Of a DNA stretch of 64,000 nucleotides, positions 21,436 through 30,757 are shown piece after piece (position 1 is the first letter of the stretch; each line of letters starts with the position of its first letter). The position numbers and the translations under genes are program-made. The notes beneath the pieces were generated by a model. That model made no database searches and was not told where the DNA came from. It saw only the letters and a program-made list of their open reading frames with translations. The stretch is from the NCBI GenBank assembly GCA_900548705.1, contig URLF01000001.1, forward strand, positions 5,550 to 69,549, read 5' to 3'. This stretch comes from an uncultured Porphyromonadaceae bacterium. Lineage in GTDB: Bacteria; Bacteroidota; Bacteroidia; Bacteroidales; Muribaculaceae.

Positions 21436-22638
21436 ATGATCTCAACGAAATCATTGAGGAAATTCGTCACAAGCGTCTCATTGTGTGTGTCTGCCTGCGC
21501 GGCTTTCGCAGACAATGATGTCATGGAGCTTGCCGACACATGCACGACAGCACCCGGCGATACCATACTGATGGATAACAAGACTCATAAAAGGAACATT
21601 GTCCAGAAAATAATCGATTACTTCGGTCAGACCAACGCCGAAAAACCTGAGAAGAAATTTGATGTTTCTGTAATCGGAGGTCCGAGCTATTCCGCCGCCA
21701 CATCTTTTGAAATCGCCGGACTTGTCTCAGGGCTGTACAAATCGCGACGCGACTCCCTTACCCCCCGAAGCGATATCTCTATCTACGCCGAAGGCTCCGT
21801 AACCGGATTCTACAATTTCGGCATCAAGGGTAACCACATTTTTCCCGCCGACAAGATGAGAATCGTATATGATGCGAACTTTTGTCATTTCCCGTTGAAA
21901 TTCTGGGGGATAGGATACGAGAACGGCATCAATGAAGAAAACGAGAGCAAATACACCCTTCTGGAGTCGGCTGTGACCATGCAGTTCCTCTGGAAAGCTC
22001 CACACAGCATTTTCTTGGGACCATCAGTCAACTTCAATTACCAGAAAGCCACAAAAATAGAGCGTCCCGAATTATGGGAAGGGCAGGAGCAGAGGGTTTT
22101 CTGCTACGGACTTGGTATTGTGTTCTCAATCGATACCCGTGATTTGCCGACAAACGCCTCCAAGGGGTTTTATGTCGGAGTGCATCAACAATTCTTCCCC
22201 AAATTCATGGGCAACAAATATCCGTTTTCGATGACCGAAGTGTCAGCGATGTATTACCGGAAAGTGTGGCAGTCAGGGATTCTGGCATTCAGACTCCATG
22301 GAGCTGCCGCCTATGGTAATCCGCCATGGGGCATGTTGCCTACGCTTGACAACGGCAATGCCGTAAGAGGTTATTACGAGGGACGATACCGCGACAAGAA
22401 TGAAGCCGACATTCTCGTGGAACTGCGTCAGCATGTGTGGAGACGAAACGGCATCGTCGTGTGGGGTGGAGCAGGAACTGTGTTCCGGAAATTCAACCAA
22501 ATCGGTTGGCACACTCTTCTGCCGTCATATGGAGTAGGCTATCGCTGGGAATTCAAAAACAAAGTCAACGTCAGGGTAGATGTGGGTCTCGGTAAACATT
22601 CCAAATCCATAAGTTTTGGCATCAACGAGGCGTTCTGA
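21436..22638 (+). CDS. Omp85 (BamA/TamA)-family outer-membrane beta-barrel protein without POTRA repeats
   Basis: Signal peptide from MISTKSLRKFVTSVSLCVSACAAFA. C-terminal barrel signature ...RGYYEGRYRDKNEADILVELRQHVWRRNGIVVWGGAGTVF...GVGYRWEF...VDVGLGKHSKSISFGINEAF. Confidence 0.65.
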   Translation: MISTKSLRKFVTSVSLCVSACAAFADNDVMELADTCTTAPGDTILMDNKTHKRNIVQKIIDYFGQTNAEKPEKKFDVSVIGGPSYSAATSFEIAGLVSGLYKSRRDSLTPRSDISIYAEGSVTGFYNFGIKGNHIFPADKMRIVYDANFCHFPLKFWGIGYENGINEENESKYTLLESAVTMQFLWKAPHSIFLGPSVNFNYQKATKIERPELWEGQEQRVFCYGLGIVFSIDTRDLPTNASKGFYVGVHQQFFPKFMGNKYPFSMTEVSAMYYRKVWQSGILAFRLHGAAAYGNPPWGMLPTLDNGNAVRGYYEGRYRDKNEADILVELRQHVWRRNGIVVWGGAGTVFRKFNQIGWHTLLPSYGVGYRWEFKNKVNVRVDVGLGKHSKSISFGINEAF

Positions 22639-22685
22639 CCCCTGTATTACTATCACACATACCGAGTAAAGTAAAATCCAGTCCC

Positions 22686-24391
22686 GTGTCTTTAAAAAAC
22701 AACATAATCTACCCGCTGAGAAAATTCTTCGGGGACGCAAGATGGCTTGCGATATGGATTCCGCTTGTCCTGATTGTTCCCAATATCGCCTTGAGCATAA
22801 CCGAACCGGTTTCATGGCTCAGCGCGGTTGTCAACATATTGCTCCCATACGGAGTGTATATGTTAATCATGACCTTGTGGAAACGGACTGGAATTTCCGC
22901 TTTGATGACAATCCCCTTTATGTTTTTCGCGGGATTCCAGATTGTATTGCTATATCTCTACGGAGGGTCGGTCATCGCCGTCGATATGTTCCTCAATGTG
23001 GTGACAACAAATGTTTCGGAAGCGACCGAACTGCTTGGGAATCTGATGCTGGCTATGGGGGTGGTGATTATTCTGTATGTCCCGGCCATAATCTGGGGAG
23101 TATATGCCACTGTCAGGAAGTCGAAACTTCAGAAGTCATTTAGAAAGACACTCGCACAGACCGGCGGCATAATAACTGTGGTTGGCGGGTTACTGGCGAC
23201 TATCGCTGCGATGACAACAAGCGGATACAGCTTCATTCACGAGACATTTCCCTTGAATGCAATATCCAATATGATTGAAGCTTGCCACCGTTATGACGAG
23301 ACTGAACGGCACGAAGAGTTGTCTTCCGGGTTCACCTATGACGCACGTTTCACCGGGAATCCCGACGAAAGGGAGGTCTATGTGTTTGTCGTAGGCGAGA
23401 CTGCGCGAGGAGACAACTGGCAACTCGGGGGATATGAGCGCGAGACCAATCCGCTTCTCTCTAATGAGGAAGGGCTGGTATTCTTCAAAAAATCCATTTC
23501 GGAGTCAAACACGACGCATAAAAGCGTACCTATGCTGATAAGCTTCGCTAACGCGGAGAATTTTGATTCCATCGCCCATTACAAAAGTATCATCACAGCT
23601 TTCAAGGAGGCCGGCTTCTCGACAGCGTTCATCTCAAACCAGCTGCGCAATCGCTCATTCACAGAGTATTTCGGCAATGAAGCCGACACCACAATATATG
23701 TGACAGACACGAAGGCCAAAAACCATCCCTATGATGAAGCGGTCCTCCAGCCATTAAGCCGTCTGCTGTCTGATTCATCTGCCCGCAAGCAGCTGATTGT
23801 CATCCATACATACGGGTCGCATTTCAAGTATCTCGACAGATACACCGAATCATTCTCTTTCTTCACTCGGACCAGGCGATAGACGCGAGCCTATCAAATC
23901 GGGATCAGTTGATAAACGCGTATGACAACACCATACGTTACACCGACTTCATCCTCCATTCAATCATATCGACTCTGCGGGAGCAAGATTGCCGCGCCGC
24001 GCTGATTTATGCGTCTGACCATGGGGAAGACATCTTTGACGACGAGCGGCATCGTTTCCTCCACGCGTCGCCGGCCCCGACCTATTGGCAAATCCATCAG
24101 GCAAGTCTTGTATGGCTTTCACCCAAACTGACCCAGGATAATCCGGAGATGGCCATAGCGTTGAAGGATAATTCCCGCAAACGCATATCTCCCCAGAAAT
24201 CGCTTTTCCCGACCGCAATGCAGCTGGCATCGATTTCCTCCCCGTTGGTAGTGGATTCCCTGTCTCTGGTGTCGTCTCATTACCATCCGGCCCCTCCGGT
24301 CTACCTCAACGACCTGAATCAGCCGTTGCCCATCAACTCCTGCGGTCTCAAAGAAACCGACCTGAAAAAATTAACCCCGCTATTAAATTGA
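22686..24391 (+). pseudogene. phosphoethanolamine transferase (EptA/sulfatase-family, lipid A or core PEtN transferase) interrupted by a 1-nt frameshift near 23868
   Basis: ORF 22686-23882 encodes the 5-TM N-domain plus the sulfatase-domain start (YVFVVGETARGDNW, SVPMLISF, HTYGSHFKYLDRY). ORF 23909-24391 in another frame continues with INAYDNTIRYTDF...ASDHGE. Restoring one C in act-c(c)-gga reconstitutes ...FFTPDQAIDASLSNRDQLINAYDNT... colinear with EptA. Confidence 0.7.
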
Positions 24392-24400
24392 GAAAATAAC

Positions 24401-24435
24401 AACCGCGTCGCTGCAATCACTGCTGCGACGCGGTT
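24401..24435. terminator. bidirectional terminator between the EptA-like gene and the blaR1-tonB gene
   Basis: AACCGCGTCGC-(13 nt)-GCGACGCGGTT, an 11-bp GC-rich stem. Confidence 0.55.
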
Positions 24436-24454
24436 AAGGTATTAGTGTATGATG

Positions 24455-26161
24455 TTATTTCTTTTTTAGTTCGATGCGGATGACGGTTTCGGCCTTGTTG
24501 GACTTGTCTATCGACATTGATTCGATGTCGGTGGCCGGGATGGACTTGAGGTCACCTTCATATCGTTCGCCGTTGACATAATAGACCACATTGTCGGGCA
24601 TGCCGTCCGGACTTAACAGGAAATGGATTGTCTCACCATTCTGTTTCACCGAAACCCCAGACCAAGTGCTGGACTTCCCGGACTCATCTGTGCTTACAGA
24701 GGTTGAAACAGAGGTCGAGGTGGAGCCATCAGCGATTGCCTTGGTGTCATCCCCCACTGTACGGAAGTTGACCGGAAGCGCATACCAGACTGCGACAGGT
24801 TTCCCATTGGACATGCCGGGAGTCCATTTCGGGAAGGATTTCACCACTCTGATTGCTTCGGCGTCAAGACGGGAGTCAAGAGACCTGATAACCTGCACAT
24901 CGCCGATTGATCCGTCTTTCTCGACCACGAATTTCAGCACCACGCATCCATTGATGTCATCGGTGCCTTCGGGACGCTCGATGTTTGCGATGATATAATC
25001 CATCATCGCCCGCATCCCTCCGGGATATTCAGGCATCTGCTGGACAGCACTGGCAGTCTCGTCTGCTTTGTCTTCCTTGTCTGAATCAGAAGAGGAGGAT
25101 GCCATCTCAACCGTTGTCCCGGCTGCAGAGGAGCTTACAGTGGAGACAGTGACGGTATTCACTCGTCCCTTGACTGCCGGCAGAGGAATGACTGAGATTT
25201 GTCCGTCCGCAGGATTTTCATTAACTTTGTCAATGGATTCCAAGGAACCCAACTGCGTGGAGGATACGGCTGACAAAGCGGAGGCAACCGCCGGAAGCTG
25301 TGAAATCCAGAAAGCAGCCCCGAGAGCGGGGAGCAGAAGCAGGGGACGCAATGCCCTGCGACGCGATGTCTTTTGATTGTACATCATAGTGATACGTTTT
25401 TTAAGTTTACTGTGATTGAGGCTGTTGGCAAGTGACGGGAATCTCGCGCCGACAGCCTTTTTTATTAATAGCATCTGATATTCCTTAACATTCACGCCTG
25501 AAGAGATGACCCGGTCATCTGCCTGATACTCGTGGATGGTCTTGAGCTCCTCCCTCATCAGCCATGCGGCAGGATTGAACCACTGGAGCACGCATACGGC
25601 CTGGGCGAACAGCAAATCGAGCCAATGGCAGAATTCAACGTGACTCTTTTCGTGGAGCATTATCATCGGGCCATACTGCTCGAAATCCTTGCGGGGAATC
25701 ACTATCGTGCGGCAAAAGCTGAACGGAGCAATCGATTCATCTTCCGTCAGTATCACATCCCTGCCATCTATACTTATCTTCTCTCCGTTATGGATGACCT
25801 TATGAAGCCGTATGAAATTAAATACTGTCATTATTGTGACAACCGCCATACCGGCCATATAAACCCATACCAGAATGGAGAGACACACATCCCAGGGGGA
25901 AGATTGTTCCTCGACAAATTCCAGGGGAAATGCTTCAAGATTTATGTCTATCGCCATTGCGGAATCAACGGATTTGACGGAAAGAATTCCCGAAAGCCAT
26001 CTCCATAGAGAAGGAAAACCCATCGCGGCAATGTAAATCAACCACAACACAAGACGGTTGACCTTATGGTAATTTTCCGAAGACAAAACCCATTTGTAGG
26101 CGAGATACATACAAGCCAGCAATATGGATGATGTCAATGAATATGCGAGCAGCTGTCCCAT
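24455..26161 (-). CDS. BlaR1/MecR1-like M56 peptidase sensor fused to a TonB C-terminal domain
   Basis: Four N-terminal TM helices. HEXXH zinc motif (MLHEKSHVEFCHW). Ser/Thr/Asp-rich linker. C-terminal TonB-like domain (PEYPGGMRAMMDYIIANIERP...VLKFVVEKDGSIGDVQVIRSLD...PKWTPGMSNGKPVAVWYALPVNF). Confidence 0.8.
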   Translation of the reverse strand: MGQLLAYSLTSSILLACMYLAYKWVLSSENYHKVNRLVLWLIYIAAMGFPSLWRWLSGILSVKSVDSAMAIDINLEAFPLEFVEEQSSPWDVCLSILVWVYMAGMAVVTIMTVFNFIRLHKVIHNGEKISIDGRDVILTEDESIAPFSFCRTIVIPRKDFEQYGPMIMLHEKSHVEFCHWLDLLFAQAVCVLQWFNPAAWLMREELKTIHEYQADDRVISSGVNVKEYQMLLIKKAVGARFPSLANSLNHSKLKKRITMMYNQKTSRRRALRPLLLLPALGAAFWISQLPAVASALSAVSSTQLGSLESIDKVNENPADGQISVIPLPAVKGRVNTVTVSTVSSSAAGTTVEMASSSSDSDKEDKADETASAVQQMPEYPGGMRAMMDYIIANIERPEGTDDINGCVVLKFVVEKDGSIGDVQVIRSLDSRLDAEAIRVVKSFPKWTPGMSNGKPVAVWYALPVNFRTVGDDTKAIADGSTSTSVSTSVSTDESGKSSTWSGVSVKQNGETIHFLLSPDGMPDNVVYYVNGERYEGDLKSIPATDIESMSIDKSNKAETVIRIELKKK

Positions 26162-26172
26162 TGAAGTGATTA

Positions 26173-26595
26173 TTACAGATTGGAATCTTTGATATTGTCT
26201 GCGACTGAACGGCGTTCGACAATATCTATTATCTGACGCAACTCCTCGACTGAGATTTTCTCCTCCTCGACCAGTGCCGATACCGCCGACTTATATGAGT
26301 TATTGAAGAAATTGGCAACGAGGTCACGGAACGAGCGTTCACGGAATTGCTCCTGACGGGATATGGCGTAGTAACGATGTGACGCACCGATTACCTCGTG
26401 GCCGATATGTCCTTTCTCTTCAAGAATCCTGACGGTTGTGGATACGGTGTTGAAATGAGGTTTCGGTTCGGGATAAAATTCCAGCATCTCACGCACAAAC
26501 AGAGAGCCATGAGTCCAGAGGATTTTCATGACGGCCATCTCCTTCTCAGTCAGAAGGGCCGGCTTGCGTCCGGGTTTATTTCCAGAATTAGACAT
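26173..26595 (-). CDS. BlaI/MecI/CopY-family transcriptional repressor
   Basis: Winged-helix N-terminal domain (LTEKEMAVMKILWTHGSLFVREMLEFYPEPKPHFNTVSTTVRILEEKGHIGHE), about 140 aa. Its 3' end overlaps the downstream M56 gene start. Confidence 0.8.
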   Translation of the reverse strand: MSNSGNKPGRKPALLTEKEMAVMKILWTHGSLFVREMLEFYPEPKPHFNTVSTTVRILEEKGHIGHEVIGASHRYYAISRQEQFRERSFRDLVANFFNNSYKSAVSALVEEEKISVEELRQIIDIVERRSVADNIKDSNL

Positions 26596-26633
26596 AATCG
26601 TTGATTGACATTGATATTGATATGGCAAAGGTA

Positions 26634-26671
26634 AAACTAATTTTTTAGTTACGCAACTAAAAAATTAGTTT
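26634..26671. promoter_or_regulatory. perfect 17-bp inverted repeat (candidate operator) in the blaI-ahpC divergent intergenic region
   Basis: AAACTAATTTTTTAGTT-ACGC-AACTAAAAAATTAGTTT lies 6-40 bp upstream of the blaI start and about 120 bp upstream of ahpC. Confidence 0.5.
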
Positions 26672-26793
26672 TGTTGTGATTTTTTTGAAGTGCGGGGTAA
26701 GACAGAGGGATGGAGCATTAACTACCCACCCTGAACTTTTACCCTATATAATATGTTTAATGGGTGAAACAAAATTTCATAACACACAACAAC

Positions 26794-27360
26794 ATGGAAT
26801 CGATTATCAATACTCACATTCCCGAATTCAAGGTACAGGCCTTTCATAACGGGGAATTCAAGACTGTGACCGACAAGGATGTCCTCGGCAAATGGGCAAT
26901 CTTCTTTTTCTATCCCGCAGACTTCACTTTCGTGTGTCCGACCGAACTTGAAGATATGGCCGAAAAATACGAAGACTTCAAGAAACTCGGCGTGGAAGTC
27001 TACTCTGTCAGCACTGACTCCCATTTCGTACACAAAGCTTGGCACGATACGTCAGAAAGCATCAAGAAAATCCAATATCCCATGCTGGCCGACCCGACAG
27101 GTCTTCTCAGCCGCGCATTCGGCGTGATGATTGAAGAGGACGGCATGGCATACCGAGGCACTTTCGTCAGCAATCCTGAAGGAATTATCAAACTCGTCGA
27201 GATTCAGGACAACAGCATCGGGCGTAATGCCGAGGAGCTGCTCAGAAGGGTAGAGGCCGCGCAGTTCGTGGCAAGCCACGATGGCGAGGTTTGCCCCGCA
27301 AAATGGAAACAGGGTCAGGCCACACTGAAACCCAACATCGACCTTGTGGGTAAGATTTAA
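26794..27360 (+). CDS. ahpC: alkyl hydroperoxide reductase subunit C (2-Cys peroxiredoxin)
   Basis: Peroxidatic Cys context FTFVCPTEL, resolving Cys near the C-terminus (EVCPAKW). Likely start MESIINTHIPEF at 26794. Confidence 0.95.
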   Translation: MESIINTHIPEFKVQAFHNGEFKTVTDKDVLGKWAIFFFYPADFTFVCPTELEDMAEKYEDFKKLGVEVYSVSTDSHFVHKAWHDTSESIKKIQYPMLADPTGLLSRAFGVMIEEDGMAYRGTFVSNPEGIIKLVEIQDNSIGRNAEELLRRVEAAQFVASHDGEVCPAKWKQGQATLKPNIDLVGKI

Positions 27361-27412
27361 TTCTTCCGATGCGACCGGGTGTCGATAAACGCCCCCCGAG
27401 CATAAATGAATT

Positions 27413-27456
27413 AACCCGGATAATCAATCGTTTACGCGCACTGGATTATCCGGGTT
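27413..27456 (+). terminator. ahpC-ahpF intergenic stem-loop (partial terminator/attenuator)
   Basis: AACCCGGATAATC-(18 nt)-GATTATCCGGGTT, a 13-bp stem followed by ATTTTCC. Confidence 0.5.
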
Positions 27457-27485
27457 ATTTTCCATAATAAGCAAACCACACAACT

Positions 27486-29042
27486 ATGTTAGACAAAGAG
27501 ATACTTAACCAATTAAAGGGGATATTCGCCAATCTGGAATCTGACATCTCATTCCGTCTGGCGGTGAATGATTATTCATCTTTGGCAGAAGAGATGAAAT
27601 CCTTTCTGGAAGATGTAGCCTCAACATCCTCAAAGCTTTCAGTGGAGACAGTCGTCGCAGATGTCAATGCTCCAATGTTCGAGATATTCAAAAATGGGGT
27701 TCCAACAGGTGTCAGCTTCTGCGGCATTCCAAACGGCCATGAATTCTCAACCCTTTTGCTGGCCATATTGAATGCCGACGGTCAAGGGAAAAATCTTCCA
27801 GACGACACCCTTCGCCGCAGGATAGAGGCGTTGAACGGTCCCATAAAGCTCCGGACATTCGTCTCGCTTACGTGCACCAATTGTCCGGATGTTGCTCAGG
27901 CATTGAATGTGATTGCCCTGTTGAATTCCGGAGTTGAAAATGAGGTAATCGACGGGGCTGTAGTTCCGGAACTCGTCGAGTCGCTCAATATACAATCCGT
28001 ACCGACTGTCTATGCCGGTGACAATATTCTCAGTGTCGGCCGTTCGACATTGGGAGATCTGCTTGACAAGCTTGAATCCGCATATGGCTCCTCAAAGTCG
28101 GCCGGCGAGACTCCTGTGATGAGGGAATATGATGTGATTGTAGTCGGCGGTGGTCCTGCAGGCGCGACCGCCGCCATTTATTCCACAAGAAAGGGCTTCA
28201 ATACGGCGGTTGTCGCGAAAGCCATCGGCGGTCAAGTCAGGGAAACCACGGGCATACAGAATATCACCTCCGTGCCTGAGACAACCGGTACAAAACTTGC
28301 CTCGGACATCAGGCAGCATATATCGTCTTACCCCATCGACATTTTCGAAAACCGTTCTGTGGATTCTGTGAAAATCGAGGATGGGAAGAAGACTATTTCC
28401 TGTGGAAACGAAATCTTCTCGGCCCGCGCCTTGATCATTGCCACAGGAGCCGGTTGGCGCAAGCTGAATATACCCGGCGAAGAGGAACACATCGGAAAGG
28501 GTGTGGCATTTTGCACCCACTGCGACGGGCCATTTTACGCAGGGAAGAGGGTGGCAGTGGTCGGTGGAGGAAATTCAGGCATCGAAGCCGCCATAGACCT
28601 TGCGGGAATCTGTCCGTCTGTCGATGTTTTCGAATTTATGGATACCCTCAAAGCAGACGACGTATTGCGAGAAAAAGCAAAATCGCTGACCAATGTCACA
28701 ATCCACACCTCCACACAAGTTCTGGAGGTATTGGGGGATGCCACTTCCATCTCGGGTGTAAAGGTCAAGAATCGTCTGACGGATGAAGAGATAATTTATC
28801 CCGTCGAAGGGGTCTTCGTTCAGATTGGACTCAAGCCAAACAGTGTTCCCTTCAATGAGCTGTTACCGACGACCCCGGCAGGTGAAATCATTGTGGATGA
28901 ACGATGCCGCACCTCAGTCAAGGGGGTCTATGCGGCCGGTGATGTCACCACTGTCCCATACAAGCAAATTGTGATTGCGATGGGAGAAGGCGGGAAAGCA
29001 GCATTATCGGCATTTGAGGATGCCATGCGTGGCGAAATTTAG
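27486..29042 (+). CDS. ahpF: alkyl hydroperoxide reductase subunit F
   Basis: N-terminal thioredoxin-like domains with CTNCPD. FAD/NAD-binding Rossmann motifs (VVGGGPAGATAA, VVGGGNSGIEAA). Redox CTHCDGP. Confidence 0.95.
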   Translation: MLDKEILNQLKGIFANLESDISFRLAVNDYSSLAEEMKSFLEDVASTSSKLSVETVVADVNAPMFEIFKNGVPTGVSFCGIPNGHEFSTLLLAILNADGQGKNLPDDTLRRRIEALNGPIKLRTFVSLTCTNCPDVAQALNVIALLNSGVENEVIDGAVVPELVESLNIQSVPTVYAGDNILSVGRSTLGDLLDKLESAYGSSKSAGETPVMREYDVIVVGGGPAGATAAIYSTRKGFNTAVVAKAIGGQVRETTGIQNITSVPETTGTKLASDIRQHISSYPIDIFENRSVDSVKIEDGKKTISCGNEIFSARALIIATGAGWRKLNIPGEEEHIGKGVAFCTHCDGPFYAGKRVAVVGGGNSGIEAAIDLAGICPSVDVFEFMDTLKADDVLREKAKSLTNVTIHTSTQVLEVLGDATSISGVKVKNRLTDEEIIYPVEGVFVQIGLKPNSVPFNELLPTTPAGEIIVDERCRTSVKGVYAAGDVTTVPYKQIVIAMGEGGKAALSAFEDAMRGEI

Positions 29043-29079
29043 CAGCCCAAGTTATTCCTTTATCATTCCATATGATCAA

Positions 29080-29114
29080 GACGCGGCGTTGCACTTAAAT
29101 TTGCAAGCCGCGTC
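29080..29114. terminator. bidirectional terminator between ahpF and the convergent T9SS cargo gene
   Basis: GACGCGGCGTTGCA-(8 nt)-TGCAAGCCGCGTC followed by TTTCTATTTTATTTC. Confidence 0.6.
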
Positions 29115-29122
29115 TTTCTATT

Positions 29123-30757
29123 TTATTTCAAGTAGATTTTATGAGGAAAGCCATCAAGCATCAAGACATAGACGCCGGAATCCAGATGTCTCAGTGATAT
29201 GTTTTCTGTATGTTCCGGAAGAAGCTTTCCGGCATAAACAGTCACTCCGCTCATTGTTAATATTTTGATTTCTATTGAATTTTTGACATATGAGACAGTC
29301 AACACTTTGTCTTGGACTATGAAATCAAATCGGGATGCGTTATCCATTCCCGGGACTATCCCTGACGCGATTGGTTCATCAGCAAGAGATATGCGGTAGA
29401 CTCCAAGTATCGATCCAGGCATATAAGCATACACTGTGGTTGCTTGGGATTGAGCGGGTGTTTTGCTACCACCGGATGTCGCAGCTGTAGCCGGAACAGA
29501 TATGATTTTCGGACGCAAGTTCTGGTATATTGCCGGAGGATAGGGAAATTTATGCTCAGGAAACTGCCATAATGGCTTGAGTGAGGAGAAATCTGAAATG
29601 TCATTCCAATGGGCCACTTTAAAGATTGTGCCGTCATAGGAATTATATTTGTAAGGCAGAACAAGGAATGTTTCATCCGCGACCTTTACAGGGAATGCCC
29701 CGAAACAGTGGGTGTCGGCATATGACAGGTCAGGATTGGACAACATGCTTGTCTGATTGAGCATTGGATATTCCCCTTGGGCTGATACTGTATGCAGTTC
29801 ACCATTGTCTTTATATAATAGGAGAGGGGAGTGTTGCATCGGATGGTCAGTGGTGCCGAATCCTTGTACGATATGATGGGTTTCATCAATCTCTGCCACA
29901 TAGAACATCCCTTTCCAAGGAGAACCAGAGGAAGCATACGTGCGGGTGTCAAACGTATAGTCTACCGAATCATAACGGGTTATTTCAATTTCCGGCAGGG
30001 TTGCCCCTTTCGAGAAAATCAATTTACAACGTGAGGGGAAATAGGTATGCCCGGCGGTGTTTCCCCAGAAATGCCAGCAACCTATCGAAAACTGGAAGTC
30101 GCCCGACAGCAAATCTCCGGTCATTCCCAACCATTCGTAATCGGTCTGGAAGTGGTGACCAATCTCAGTGTCCTCAAATTCAGGGGCGATGGTAGTGATG
30201 TATTCAAGATTCCGGTCATATACTTGTATAAACAACGACATCTTTTTACCAGATGTTGTCGCCTTCAACCCGACCACCGCGATATGCCCTGCATCATCCG
30301 ACATCACATAGCGTTGGAGCGACGAATCGACAAGATCACCGGAGAAATCAGATTGCAAATCGGGAAGTGCCTCACCAGTGGAGGCGTTGAATCTTCTAAG
30401 GGTTATTGTTTCGCCGGGAGATTGATATTTCTCCACATACACATATACGATGTCATCTATGACAAAGATGTTGTGATTGTTTTGATTTGGGTCATTGATG
30501 CCATCGCCGCCTCCGGCTTTTGACATATCCATCTCCCATAAAGCCGTCATAGAGGCATATTTTTCCGTGGCACCTGAATTGCCGGACAATTGCATTTCGT
30601 TGAATGTCGAAAGCTCGTCCGGAGCGGCAAGCCCTTCAGCCGACTGGGAATATGTAGCCAATGAGATGCTAAGCATAAATCCTATAAGGGTTACCCTTAT
30701 GGCGCCAAAGGCGCCATAAGTTTTGCGGAAACCCTGCGATTGGAAAATTTTATTCAT
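29123..30757 (-). CDS. secreted protein with a type IX secretion (Por) C-terminal sorting domain; function unknown
   Basis: N-terminal signal peptide. The C-terminal 80 aa (...KVLTVSYVKNSIEIKILTMSGVTVYAGKLLPEHTENISLRHLDSGVYVLMLDGFPHKIYLK) match the T9SS CTD beta-sandwich pattern. Confidence 0.65.
   Translation of the reverse strand: MNKIFQSQGFRKTYGAFGAIRVTLIGFMLSISLATYSQSAEGLAAPDELSTFNEMQLSGNSGATEKYASMTALWEMDMSKAGGGDGINDPNQNNHNIFVIDDIVYVYVEKYQSPGETITLRRFNASTGEALPDLQSDFSGDLVDSSLQRYVMSDDAGHIAVVGLKATTSGKKMSLFIQVYDRNLEYITTIAPEFEDTEIGHHFQTDYEWLGMTGDLLSGDFQFSIGCWHFWGNTAGHTYFPSRCKLIFSKGATLPEIEITRYDSVDYTFDTRTYASSGSPWKGMFYVAEIDETHHIVQGFGTTDHPMQHSPLLLYKDNGELHTVSAQGEYPMLNQTSMLSNPDLSYADTHCFGAFPVKVADETFLVLPYKYNSYDGTIFKVAHWNDISDFSSLKPLWQFPEHKFPYPPAIYQNLRPKIISVPATAATSGGSKTPAQSQATTVYAYMPGSILGVYRISLADEPIASGIVPGMDNASRFDFIVQDKVLTVSYVKNSIEIKILTMSGVTVYAGKLLPEHTENISLRHLDSGVYVLMLDGFPHKIYLK

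Noticed and set aside
22742-23143. 133-aa plus-strand ORF
   Set aside because: Alternate frame inside the EptA-like gene's membrane domain. No support.
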